Part shown: in pieces, positions 37,343 through 46,377 of the stretch
Numbering within the stretch: position 1 is the stretch's first letter
How the letters are laid out: each line of letters opens with the position of its first letter
Source: Planctomycetota bacterium
GTDB taxonomy: Bacteria > Planctomycetota > B15-G4
NCBI GenBank assembly: GCA_965248575.1
Contig: CBDFJQ010000002.1
Coordinates: 4,160,001 to 4,224,000, forward strand
Length of the DNA: 64,000 nt
Reading direction: 5' to 3'
Made by a program: the position numbers and the translations under genes
The notes under the pieces: generated by a model
Seen by the model: the letters and a program-made list of their open reading frames with translations, nothing else
What the model was told of the DNA's origin: nothing
Databases searched by the model: none

Positions 37343-38866
37343 CTAGTCATCCCCGTCGGGATGGCAGCTCAAGCAGGCGGGGCTGCTGTAGATGTACCCA
37401 CCAACCTCGTCGTGGTCATCATCCGTGTCTTGCTTGTTGTGCTCGTGGCAGTCGATACACGAGAACTGCAGGAAGTTCCCGGGGGTCGTGTGGCAGACGC
37501 TGCAGTCCTGGTTGTGGTCGCCCACGAGCGGGAAGGAGTGGTTGAAGTTGGCCCCCTCCCAACCGTTGGTGTCGTGGCAGATCTCACACGTCGTGGGGAA
37601 GCCTGCGGCGATGTGGTTGGGGTCATTCGTCTGGTTGTAGTCGTCGATGTGGCAGGACGCACAGTCGGTGGGGGTGCCGACGAACATGTTGTTCTCGTGG
37701 CAGTCGCTGCAGTTCACGCTCAGGTGATCGCCGGTCAGCGGCCAGAAGCCGTGGTCGAAGTTGGAACCCTCCCATCCGCCGGTGCCATGGCACAGCTGGC
37801 AATCGGTGGGGAAGCCCGCAGCGATGTGGTTCGGGTCGCTCGCCTGGTTGTACTCAGCGATGTGGCAGGCCGCGCAATCGGTGGGCGTGCCACCAAAGAC
37901 CCCGTTCTCATGGCAGTCGCTGCAGTCAGAGCTCAGGTGCTGGCCGGTGAGGGGGAAGGTGTTGTGCGCGAAGTTCGAGCTGTCCCATGTGGTGGGCGTG
38001 TGGCACAGCTCGCAGTCCGTGGGGAAGCCCGCTGCGATGTGATTGGGGTCCGTCGTCGCCTGGTACTCGGGCAGGTGGCAGGCCTCGCAGTCGAAGGGGG
38101 TCCCCGCGAAGACCCCGCCGACGTGGCAGGCCTCGCAGTCCGCCGCAGCGTGGGCTGCGACGAGCGGGAAGCTGTTGTGGACGAAGGCGCCGCCTGCCCA
38201 TTGGGTCGCGGTGTGGCAGTCATCGCAATCGTTCACCCAACCCTGGGCGATGTGGTCGGGATTCTGGGCGGCCTTGAGGTCCGCCTGATGGCATGCAATG
38301 CACTCGACGTCGAGTTGGGAGTAGTTGCCGACCTCGGCACCCTCATGGCAACGGAAGCAGGCCGTGGCCGCATGGGCTCCCACAAGCGGGAAACGGGTCT
38401 GGTTGTGTCGGCCGATCTCGCCCTGAACCGACCAGGACGTCTCCGTGTGGCAGTCCTGGCAGTTCACGCCGAGCATGCGGCGATGCGGGTCCTCGTGGCA
38501 GCCCCGACAGCCGCGACTGGCCACCAGCTCGACGGGTGCGATGTCGTTGTGGCAGCGAAGGCACTCGGCCTGCCCGTGGGCGCCACCGAGGAAGACACCC
38601 GTCTCGGCGCCGTGGTCGAAGCTGAAGTCCTCGCGGATGCTGTGCCAGCCTTCGCCCTGGTGGCACTCCGAGCAGTCGGAGGGAAAGGAATCATGGGGCA
38701 CGACAGGCCCGCGGCGCTCCCACCAGCTTTGAGGGGGCGTGTCATGGGGCTTCGCGAGCGGGCGTGTCTCGCAAGCGAAGGCGCTGACGAGCAGGCACGT
38801 CGCGAAACCAGCGAGCACGATCTGCGTGAGACGACGTCGGGTGAGCACTGCACTGTGGGGCGGCAT
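37343..38866 (-). CDS. Multiheme c-type cytochrome lipoprotein, 19 CxxCH
   Basis: 19 CxxCH counted by eye; signal peptide with AFAC lipobox; 71-aa triheme repeats. Confidence 0.95.
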   Translation of the reverse strand: MPPHSAVLTRRRLTQIVLAGFATCLLVSAFACETRPLAKPHDTPPQSWWERRGPVVPHDSFPSDCSECHQGEGWHSIREDFSFDHGAETGVFLGGAHGQAECLRCHNDIAPVELVASRGCRGCHEDPHRRMLGVNCQDCHTETSWSVQGEIGRHNQTRFPLVGAHAATACFRCHEGAEVGNYSQLDVECIACHQADLKAAQNPDHIAQGWVNDCDDCHTATQWAGGAFVHNSFPLVAAHAAADCEACHVGGVFAGTPFDCEACHLPEYQATTDPNHIAAGFPTDCELCHTPTTWDSSNFAHNTFPLTGQHLSSDCSDCHENGVFGGTPTDCAACHIAEYNQASDPNHIAAGFPTDCQLCHGTGGWEGSNFDHGFWPLTGDHLSVNCSDCHENNMFVGTPTDCASCHIDDYNQTNDPNHIAAGFPTTCEICHDTNGWEGANFNHSFPLVGDHNQDCSVCHTTPGNFLQFSCIDCHEHNKQDTDDDHDEVGGYIYSSPACLSCHPDGDD

Positions 38867-38867
38867 C

Positions 38868-40604
38868 TCAGAATCTCTGCTGGAAGAACATGCCGACGTT
38901 CTGGGAGTCCTGGCCGTCTCCCGAGCGCTGTTCGACGTAGACGGACAGGTTGTTCATGGCGCTGAGGATCATGTCGACGCTCGCGCGCAGGGTTTGCTGG
39001 TCCAGCGTTTCTGAACCGCTGCCCTGGGTGTCCCGATCATACTGGGCATCCTCCCAGGACATGGTGAAGAAGGCGCCCCCCAGGAAGGACCGATTGGCGG
39101 AGAGCCTGATGCCCGTTCCGTCGGTGAACGAGCCCATGGTGGTGAAGTAGCCGATCGAGACCTCGCCCCTTTCGTAGAGCAGGTTGCGCAGCGCCAGGCG
39201 GACGTCGCCGCTGCCGCCGGAATCGTCTTCGTCTTCCCATTGGTTGACGCGGGTGTCGATGCGCACGTGCTCGTTCGGCCGATGCCAGGCGCTGACACCA
39301 AAGCGGCTCGTCTCGTTGTCCAGGATCTGCGCAGCCGTGGCTGATTGCAGTTGATTGCGCAGCAGCTCCGGCCAGCGGGTGTGGGAGGCGTGCGCCCCGA
39401 AGCCCGTGTCCTTGTCCACTCGGTACAGGCCGTTCAGTCGAAACTCCGTGAGCTCGAAGCCCGAGGATTTGATCTTGTCCGAGGAGTCGTAGTAGTCGAC
39501 CCAGGCGGAACCGTAGAGGGAGAGCCGCTCCGTGGGATTCCAGTCGAGGGTGGTCAGGAACAGGTTCCGATCACGGCTGCCCTTGTGCCAGGTGCTCTGG
39601 TACGCCACACCCACAGAGAGGTCGCGAGGATCATCGGTCTGCGAACGATAGAAGGCGGCCACTTGCAGGTCCTCGCCCGTGGTCATGTGCGGGAACTGTT
39701 CGGGCATGTAGCCCAGGCTGGCGCCGAAGCGAGAACCGGACTGGGTGCGTTGCACGTACTCGACACCATCCAGCACGCCGAGTTCGGGGAATTCGTTCTG
39801 CAGGAAACGCCCTGCTTCGAAGAACTGCTCTTCCTGCCTGCGCCCGCCCCAGGAATAGGACAGCCGATCCAGTCGGCCGCGCGTCGTGGACGAGTCCGTT
39901 CCGAATTCGAGTTGCGTGCGTCGCAGCGTGAATTCGCCGTCGACGTGGATCTCACCCCCGTGCTCGAAAGGGTTCTCCAGGTAGACCTCGGTGCCGAGAC
40001 GTCCGGTCGTGAACTCGTTGTTGCCAAACTCGTCGTCCCAGATCTTCTGCCCCTGGAAGAAAATGCGGCCGCGCAGCCGGCTGGGCTTGTCCTCGGGCGG
40101 CTGGTTCCAAGCCGTGGCGAGCAGCGGTGTCTGGCCGTCCCACTCCTTGGGTTTCGCCGTCCACTCGGGGTGATCGGGGATGACGCGCGCCGCCTCGGCC
40201 TCGGCATCGGCCGCCGCGTCTGCGGCTCTCGTGGCCTCCAGTTGCTCGAGACGCGCCGCAGGGACCAGGACCTCGGCGCGGTCGGCCACGGAGAGCTTGC
40301 GTGCTGTGCTCGGGAGATCGATACGACAGCTCGACTTGGAGACCTTGCGGACCACGGCTTCGAAGGGCGAGGCGCCGCTGGGGTAGAAGAGCACGCGGTC
40401 GTCCTCACGCACGCCGTCGTCACGACCCTTGTCGAGATAGACGCTTCCTCCGGAAATGGCAGTGACCTCGGCGGCGATGATCTCGATGGCGGGGTCATTG
40501 CCCGAGGCAGCCGGGAGAAGCGTGGCCAGCATCAGGACGAGCAGTCCATGGAAATGAGATCGACGCCCGGCAAGCGGGCGCCGGGTCCAGGGTTGACTGT
40601 TCAC
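38868..40604 (-). CDS. Putative outer-membrane beta-barrel (porin of a porin-cytochrome complex)
   Basis: Signal peptide, many amphipathic beta-strands, C-terminal VGMFFQQRF (BAM-type terminal Phe); wedged between two multiheme cytochromes. Confidence 0.75.
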   Translation of the reverse strand: MNSQPWTRRPLAGRRSHFHGLLVLMLATLLPAASGNDPAIEIIAAEVTAISGGSVYLDKGRDDGVREDDRVLFYPSGASPFEAVVRKVSKSSCRIDLPSTARKLSVADRAEVLVPAARLEQLEATRAADAAADAEAEAARVIPDHPEWTAKPKEWDGQTPLLATAWNQPPEDKPSRLRGRIFFQGQKIWDDEFGNNEFTTGRLGTEVYLENPFEHGGEIHVDGEFTLRRTQLEFGTDSSTTRGRLDRLSYSWGGRRQEEQFFEAGRFLQNEFPELGVLDGVEYVQRTQSGSRFGASLGYMPEQFPHMTTGEDLQVAAFYRSQTDDPRDLSVGVAYQSTWHKGSRDRNLFLTTLDWNPTERLSLYGSAWVDYYDSSDKIKSSGFELTEFRLNGLYRVDKDTGFGAHASHTRWPELLRNQLQSATAAQILDNETSRFGVSAWHRPNEHVRIDTRVNQWEDEDDSGGSGDVRLALRNLLYERGEVSIGYFTTMGSFTDGTGIRLSANRSFLGGAFFTMSWEDAQYDRDTQGSGSETLDQQTLRASVDMILSAMNNLSVYVEQRSGDGQDSQNVGMFFQQRF

Positions 40605-43054
40605 CGACCGCGACCCTCCAGCTCCCGAAGGCCTTCGGGGTCATGGCAGTCGCTGCAGTCGGTGCCGAGCGGCGTGTAGCGCACGGCCTCGCTGCCGTCG
40701 GAGAGTGGGGTTGAGATGTGGCACGCAGCGCACTCCAGCTCCGCGTGGCGTTCGTCGAGCGGGAAGCGTGAGTCGAGCTGGTGATCGAAGACGAGTTCAG
40801 AGAACGTCTCGGCGTTCTGGTGGCAGCGGGTGCAGTCCGTCACGCCGTTCTCGATGAACTGGCCCACGTGCCGATCCTCGTGGCAGTCGGAGCACTGTTC
40901 GCCGCGCAGGAGGGAGTAGTCCAGGCGCGGCGGGTCCTCCGAGGCCTTGATCGTGTGGCAGTCAGCGCACTCCAAGGTGGCATGGGCGCCGAGCAGCTCG
41001 GATTCCCCCCAGACACCGTGGTCGAAGGTCTCGTAGAGCTGCAGATCAAAGCTCTCCGTGGTGTGGCAACGCGCGCAACTCTCGTGGCCACCGACCCGCT
41101 GGGGAGAGCGAGGGCGGTCGAAGGAGCCACCGTGCACATTGGTGTGGCACTCCGCGCAGTGGGTGGGCGTGCCCTGAAAGATGCGGGTCAGCAGGCCCTC
41201 GCCCGTGAGGGCGTGGGGGCTGTCCGCCGGAAGGACGTGGCACTCACTGCAGCCCACGGCTTCATGGCCACCGGTGAGCGGGAAGCTGGTTTGCCTGTGC
41301 TGTTCCAGGCCGAAGAGGGCGGGCCGGAACTCCAGGGAATCGTGGCAACTCAGGCAGTCCTGAGCCGCGAGCTCGCTCCCGGCGAACTGCTCCTGGTGAG
41401 GGTCGGTGTGACACAGCTCGCAGCTTTGTGCGTCGCGTCCAGGGAAGTCCTGGAGGAAGGCGCTGGCGCTGGCGATCTGCGATGGAACCCGCGGCGAGGC
41501 TTTGTAAGGAAGCCTGTCTTCAAAGTCTGGGTGGCATTCTTCACAGCGCATGGAGCCGTGAGGGGGAGCCAGCTCGAAACCGCTTGCCACATGCAAAGTT
41601 GTCATCTTCGCTGGGCTGTTGTTTCCAAGGAAGCTGTCGTGGCGAGCGTCGTGGCAGTGCGTGCAACTGGCCTCCGCCGCGAGCTGGAGCAGGTCGGCCA
41701 CTCCCGCGAGGAATCCCGTGCTGTGTGGGGTGCTGTGGCAGTCCACGCAGTCGGTGGGCGTGCCTGCGAACTGAGTGCTGAGCAGGCCTTCGTCCGTGAT
41801 GCGTGCCTGCCCCTCGGGTTCGAAGTGACACTCCTGGCAGGTCGCCGCCTCGTGGCTTCCCGTCAGGGCGAAGGCCGTTTGGGCGTGATGGGCGACGCCG
41901 AAGTTCGTCGGAGAGAAGGTCGTGCGCTCATGGCAGCCGAGGCAGCCCTGGTCGGCAAACGCACCTTCGTCGAACTGTCCGTTGTGTGCATCCATGTGGC
42001 AGTAAGAGCATTGGTCTGCGGAACGGCCTGGGAATGCCGTGGAAGAAGCTTCGCGTCGGGCGCTGGGGTGATCCGGGCGCAGCCCGTCGCCGAAACCTGC
42101 ATGGCATGCAACGCAGTCGGCCTGTTCGTGAGGGAACTCAAGTTCGAAGCCGGATGCCGCGTGCAGGTTTGGTGTCATTCCCGCGTCAGTGCCAAGAAAC
42201 GAGGCGTGATCGGCCTTGTGACAGTGTTGACAGACTTGCGCATCTGGGTAGCGCCCGTGGGTCGTGGCCACCGCAGCCAGGAAGGGCTCGCTGTGCTGTG
42301 TTTCGTGGCAGATCGCGCAGCTGCGGTTCTCGACGTCTGCCTCTGTCGCTCCGTGGCGTTGAACGAGCGCTTGCACCGACCACTGCGAGTCCTCTTCGTG
42401 GCACTCCGTGCACGTCAGCTCGGCGTGGGAGCCCACGAGCGGGGCAAAGCCGTCATGTGCCGCTCCACTGACCGTCTCGAAGGGCTCGGATTGCCCGTGG
42501 CAGTCAGCGCAGCGATTCCCCAGCTCGCCATCGTGCACGTCCTCATGGCAGGCATCGCAACTCTGGCTCAGGCCAGCGAAGCGTCGTGAGCCATCAGGGA
42601 TGAACGGGTTGTCCGCGTGCTGGTGACATTCCGTGCAGGTCAGGCCGAGGTGGGAGCCCGTGAGTTCATAGCCGAGGCCCCTGTGGTCATAGCCGTTGCG
42701 ACCGCTGAATCCTGCTTCGGTGAAGCTTCGATCGGAGATCAGATCGAAGTCGGCACCATGGTGGTCGCTGTGGCACTCCGCGCACCGCGAAGCCAGTTCG
42801 CCGTCGAGCTGGCCGTGCAGGCCGAGGCCCTGTTCGAGCTGGCCACGTAGCCCTTCATGGCAGTCGAGGCACGCGCCGGCCATGGACTCGAGCAAGCCTC
42901 CATGGCACATGGAGCAGTCACTGGACCCAGCAAACTGCGGCAGGTCAGCGTGCGCTCGTGAGATGTCGCCCGGCGACACCCGCTCCGTGTCGGCGATGAG
43001 AAAGACGGCAATCAAGGCAATCGTGACGAGTGCGATGATGGACCGCGTGCTCAT
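40601..43054 (-). CDS. Multiheme c-type cytochrome, 26 CxxCH
   Basis: 26 CxxCH counted by eye; N-terminal hydrophobic segment followed by SPGDISRAH; recurrent F.L.G.H...CxxCH units. Confidence 0.95.
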   Translation of the reverse strand: MSTRSIIALVTIALIAVFLIADTERVSPGDISRAHADLPQFAGSSDCSMCHGGLLESMAGACLDCHEGLRGQLEQGLGLHGQLDGELASRCAECHSDHHGADFDLISDRSFTEAGFSGRNGYDHRGLGYELTGSHLGLTCTECHQHADNPFIPDGSRRFAGLSQSCDACHEDVHDGELGNRCADCHGQSEPFETVSGAAHDGFAPLVGSHAELTCTECHEEDSQWSVQALVQRHGATEADVENRSCAICHETQHSEPFLAAVATTHGRYPDAQVCQHCHKADHASFLGTDAGMTPNLHAASGFELEFPHEQADCVACHAGFGDGLRPDHPSARREASSTAFPGRSADQCSYCHMDAHNGQFDEGAFADQGCLGCHERTTFSPTNFGVAHHAQTAFALTGSHEAATCQECHFEPEGQARITDEGLLSTQFAGTPTDCVDCHSTPHSTGFLAGVADLLQLAAEASCTHCHDARHDSFLGNNSPAKMTTLHVASGFELAPPHGSMRCEECHPDFEDRLPYKASPRVPSQIASASAFLQDFPGRDAQSCELCHTDPHQEQFAGSELAAQDCLSCHDSLEFRPALFGLEQHRQTSFPLTGGHEAVGCSECHVLPADSPHALTGEGLLTRIFQGTPTHCAECHTNVHGGSFDRPRSPQRVGGHESCARCHTTESFDLQLYETFDHGVWGESELLGAHATLECADCHTIKASEDPPRLDYSLLRGEQCSDCHEDRHVGQFIENGVTDCTRCHQNAETFSELVFDHQLDSRFPLDERHAELECAACHISTPLSDGSEAVRYTPLGTDCSDCHDPEGLRELEGRGR

Positions 43055-43084
43055 GTCGGGGGGGGCTCCGGATGTGGGCTCGAT

Positions 43085-45298
43085 TCAGTCGAACACGGGT
43101 GAGTACTGGAGGGCGATGACGATGTGCCAGGCGGCCAGCAGCACCATGAGCAAGCCGAACCAGCGATGGACGAAGCGCCATGTCCCCAGGAGACTGCGCA
43201 GATCTTCGTAGTGCGTCACCATGAGGGCTGAGCGGTGCGCGCGACGTGAAAGATCCGTCAGAATTGAAATCTGATCTGGGTGAAGACCTTCGCTCTCGGC
43301 TCGCCGCTCGAGGTCCTGAAGGAAGCGCGCGAACTCCCGTTGACTGCGGATGAGACTCTTCACCCGCGTGATGAACTTGCCCTCCCAACGTCGCCGCTCC
43401 ACGAGCTGCTCAACCTCCTTCCGAACTTGCGCACCGAAGCCTCGTGTGCGGGTGTCCCACTCGGTCGAGACCTTGGTGAAGCGCTCACGCGCTTCGTCCA
43501 AGGCGAGCTCTTTGCCGTTGGCGGCGTGCGGCACGAAGGCGTAGAAGTAGCGACCGATCGCACCAGTGAAGATCAGGATGGCAAGCGACCAGAAGGCGTG
43601 GCCGCCGATGCTGTTGTGCGGCTGCATCGCGCCGTGGAGAACGATCAGGAGCAGGGCCAGGATACCCGTGACCACATGCGAGGTCATCCAAGCGCGGAGG
43701 GAGCCTGGGAGTCGCTCTCCGAGCTGTGAGCGCCGCAGCAGGTAGCACAAGTTGATGCTGATCAGGGCGGTGCCGGCGACGCCTGCAGCGAGCCCGAGGG
43801 TGCCGCTCGATCGCAGCAATTCGTGCTGGGGAGAGTCGAACCGTAGTTCCTGAGGCAGCCCGTAGTAGTCGCGGAAATAGATGCGCCAGCCCGTCAGGAT
43901 CAACGCCAGCCCCAGGCTGATGAGCAACGCGAGACGCAGTCCTGTGCCCTGTTGCCGCAGGGGGGCGGCGTTGGGGCGGTGGGCCGGATCGAAGGAGACT
44001 CCTGCTTGCTCCAGCAGTGGGAAGGGCGGGATGCCACCGGCCATGATGATGACGTCGTCATTGGCAAGCATGACCGTCCGGGGGTCCTCGTCGCCCTTGA
44101 TGTTGATGCGAACTGCCTGCTCGCCAATCTCCTCGACTTCACTGCTGAACAGGACTTGGATGGCTCCGGCTTCCCGCATCTCGCCCAGCAAGCGTTCGTT
44201 CTTGGCCTTCAGGCGGAAGAAGGCGTGCTTCCGATACGAGAGGGTCACGCTGTTGCCCGGCTGCTGAGCGAGCCCGATGGCCGCTTCGATCGCACTGTCG
44301 CCACCCCCAACCACCAGGATCTTGCGACCTTGGTAGGAGCGTGCATCTTCGACGCTGTAGAGCACCTTGGGCAGCTCTTCGCCGGGGACCCCCAGCTTGC
44401 GCGGGCTGCCTCGCCGACCCAGGGCGAGGCACACGTGCTTGGCTGGATAGGTGTTGTTGGCGGTGCGGACCACGAGTGCGTCGCCGTCCCGCTCCAGGCC
44501 TACATAGGTTTCCCCCAGGCGCAACGGGAGTTCGTGCGTGACGAGGGCCTGTTCCCAGATGTCGATGAGCTCTTCCTTCGCATAGGAACGCTCTTTGAGC
44601 GTCCCGTGTAGCGGCAGGCTCACCGGCTGGGTCATGACCAACTTGCTGCGCGGGTACTTGGCGACCGTGCCGCCGAAGCTCAGCTCCTGTTCCAGCGTGA
44701 CGAAGTCGAGACCCAGCTCCTTGGCTCGCAGGGAGCACGCCAGGCCCGCAGGCCCTGAGCCGACGATGCACAGGTCCAGGGCGGGGCGCAGCGCCGGCTG
44801 TTCCGTCAGCCGTTGGTGCACCGCGTCGGCGACGGCGGTGCCGTGGGAGATGGCCGTCTTCACCAGGGCATAGCCGGTGACTTCGCCCGCAAGGAAGACG
44901 CCCGGGGCCTGGTGGGCTTCCCATTCAGGGCTGAGGGCCGGGATGTCCCTGCGACTGGAGAGATCGCCCAGGGTGACGGTGATGGCGTCCACCGGGCAGG
45001 CACTGGCGCACAGGCCGTGACCGACGCAGCGCGACCCATGCACGACGACCGCTTGCCCGTGAATCAGGTCGAGCACGCCCTCTTCCGGGCAAGCCTTCAC
45101 GCACAGCCCGCAGCCAAAGCAGCGGCTGAGGTCGATGTTGGGGAACTGGAGCCGAGCCCGGTGGCTGCCCCTTTGCTTGGCTTCGCTGACCTCTGAGAGG
45201 CGCGAGCGCAGCTGTTCGCGCCGGCTGTTCTTCCCCTGTTGAAAAAACAGTGCCGCCAGCAGGGCAGCCAACAAGAGCGCGAGGAGCGTTGTGACCAC
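43085..45298 (-). CDS. Membrane-bound ferredoxin-FAD/NAD(P)H oxidoreductase (TrxR-like) with C-terminal His-containing TM domain
   Basis: N-terminal TM; CFGCGLCVKACP and CVGHGLCASACP; GSGPAG and GGGDSA Rossmann motifs; TM helices with WMTSH...VLH and WRFVH...AWH His pairs. Confidence 0.9.
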   Translation of the reverse strand: MVTTLLALLLAALLAALFFQQGKNSRREQLRSRLSEVSEAKQRGSHRARLQFPNIDLSRCFGCGLCVKACPEEGVLDLIHGQAVVVHGSRCVGHGLCASACPVDAITVTLGDLSSRRDIPALSPEWEAHQAPGVFLAGEVTGYALVKTAISHGTAVADAVHQRLTEQPALRPALDLCIVGSGPAGLACSLRAKELGLDFVTLEQELSFGGTVAKYPRSKLVMTQPVSLPLHGTLKERSYAKEELIDIWEQALVTHELPLRLGETYVGLERDGDALVVRTANNTYPAKHVCLALGRRGSPRKLGVPGEELPKVLYSVEDARSYQGRKILVVGGGDSAIEAAIGLAQQPGNSVTLSYRKHAFFRLKAKNERLLGEMREAGAIQVLFSSEVEEIGEQAVRINIKGDEDPRTVMLANDDVIIMAGGIPPFPLLEQAGVSFDPAHRPNAAPLRQQGTGLRLALLISLGLALILTGWRIYFRDYYGLPQELRFDSPQHELLRSSGTLGLAAGVAGTALISINLCYLLRRSQLGERLPGSLRAWMTSHVVTGILALLLIVLHGAMQPHNSIGGHAFWSLAILIFTGAIGRYFYAFVPHAANGKELALDEARERFTKVSTEWDTRTRGFGAQVRKEVEQLVERRRWEGKFITRVKSLIRSQREFARFLQDLERRAESEGLHPDQISILTDLSRRAHRSALMVTHYEDLRSLLGTWRFVHRWFGLLMVLLAAWHIVIALQYSPVFD

Positions 45299-45362
45299 TC
45301 AGAGCCCTCAGATCGTTGTCGTCATCCCGCGGAGGTGGGCGGGGCACCACGGTTCGGCGCAC

Positions 45363-45410
45363 AACGAAAAGCGCGCCCCGAAGCGGCTGTCAGGGACCGC
45401 TCCGGGGCGC
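45363..45410 (-). terminator. Intrinsic terminator-like hairpin ~70 nt upstream of the oxidoreductase start
   Basis: Minus-strand RNA GCGCCCCGGAGCGG-loop10-CCGCUUCGGGGCGC (14 bp, one G-U) followed by GCUUUUCGUU. Confidence 0.6.
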
Positions 45411-45753
45411 CACACTGTCGTTGGCAGCCGCTTCCTTCTCGTACAACCGTCAAGTTCCTCGGGTTCGCGATCGAGCCCAATGGATGCCATCCGCCAGGGA
45501 AGCAGGCGACATCCGGTACAGGTACAGGGGGCCTCGGGTCTCAAGACCGCGAGAGAATGGGAACTCTAGGCAAACAAAGAACGGATGAAGAGGCCGGACG
45601 TCTGCCTGTCCGGGCTCCCATTGGCACAGGAGGAGCGGCCGGCAGGCCAATCAGGGTGTCAGAGCAAAGGTGGTGACGACCGGTTAGAAGCAACTGTCGT
45701 GACAGCGCTTCAGGGGAACGGCGGGCAAGGCGCACGGCGAAAAACGAGAATTC

Positions 45754-46371
45754 TCAGGCGTCGTCCGGAGCGGCGAGTGCGGCTTCGATCGCGGCGAGCA
45801 ATTGGGGGTCCTCCGGGCTCGTCCGGCTGCCGAAGTACTGCACGGTCTCGCCGTCCTTGCCGACCAGATACTTGCCGAAGTTCCAGCTCGGGATGCTGCT
45901 CGTCTTGGACACCAGGTAGGTGTAGATGGGCGATTGCCCGTCGCCGCTCTGGGTGGCGCACTTCTCGAACATGGGGAAGCTGACACCGTAGTTCGCGGAA
46001 CAGAATTCGCGGATCTGCTCGGGGCTGCCGGGCTCCTGGCCGCCGAACTCGTTGCTGGGGAAAGCGAGCACGCTGAAACCCTGTTCTGCGAGGCTTGTGT
46101 GCAGTGCCTGCAGCCCCTCGTACTGGGGGGTCAGCCCACACTTGCTGGCCACATTCACCACGAGCGTGACGCGGCCGGCAAACTCGATCAGCGGGCGATC
46201 CTCTCCCTCCAGGCTGCGGGCACCCAAGGCGTAGAGGCCGCTGGCCGATGCGGCGCTCGAGCCCGTTGCGTCGCCAGCTTCAGGGGCGGCCCCTTGCGAC
46301 TCGGGCCCACTGCATCCCAGGCAGGCGAGCAGGAGCAGGGGCAGGGCACTGCGATGCATGAGATGGGGCAT
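45754..46371 (-). CDS. Glutathione peroxidase family protein (Cys type), lipoprotein
   Basis: NVASKCG, FPSNEFGGQEP and WNFGKYL motifs; CLGC lipobox. Confidence 0.92.
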   Translation of the reverse strand: MPHLMHRSALPLLLLACLGCSGPESQGAAPEAGDATGSSAASASGLYALGARSLEGEDRPLIEFAGRVTLVVNVASKCGLTPQYEGLQALHTSLAEQGFSVLAFPSNEFGGQEPGSPEQIREFCSANYGVSFPMFEKCATQSGDGQSPIYTYLVSKTSSIPSWNFGKYLVGKDGETVQYFGSRTSPEDPQLLAAIEAALAAPDDA

Positions 46372-46377
46372 GGAAAC

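Noticed and set aside
45621..45650. Sigma-54-like GG-N10-GC motifs (TGGCAC on plus, TGGCCT on minus)
   Set aside because: The -12 element lacks TTGC, the better match points away from the cytochrome operon, and such matches are expected by chance at this GC.
45299..45753. Known riboswitch (cobalamin, c-di-GMP, Moco, fluoride) in the leader
   Set aside because: I could not find their conserved cores by eye; only the terminator/anti-terminator pairing is supported.
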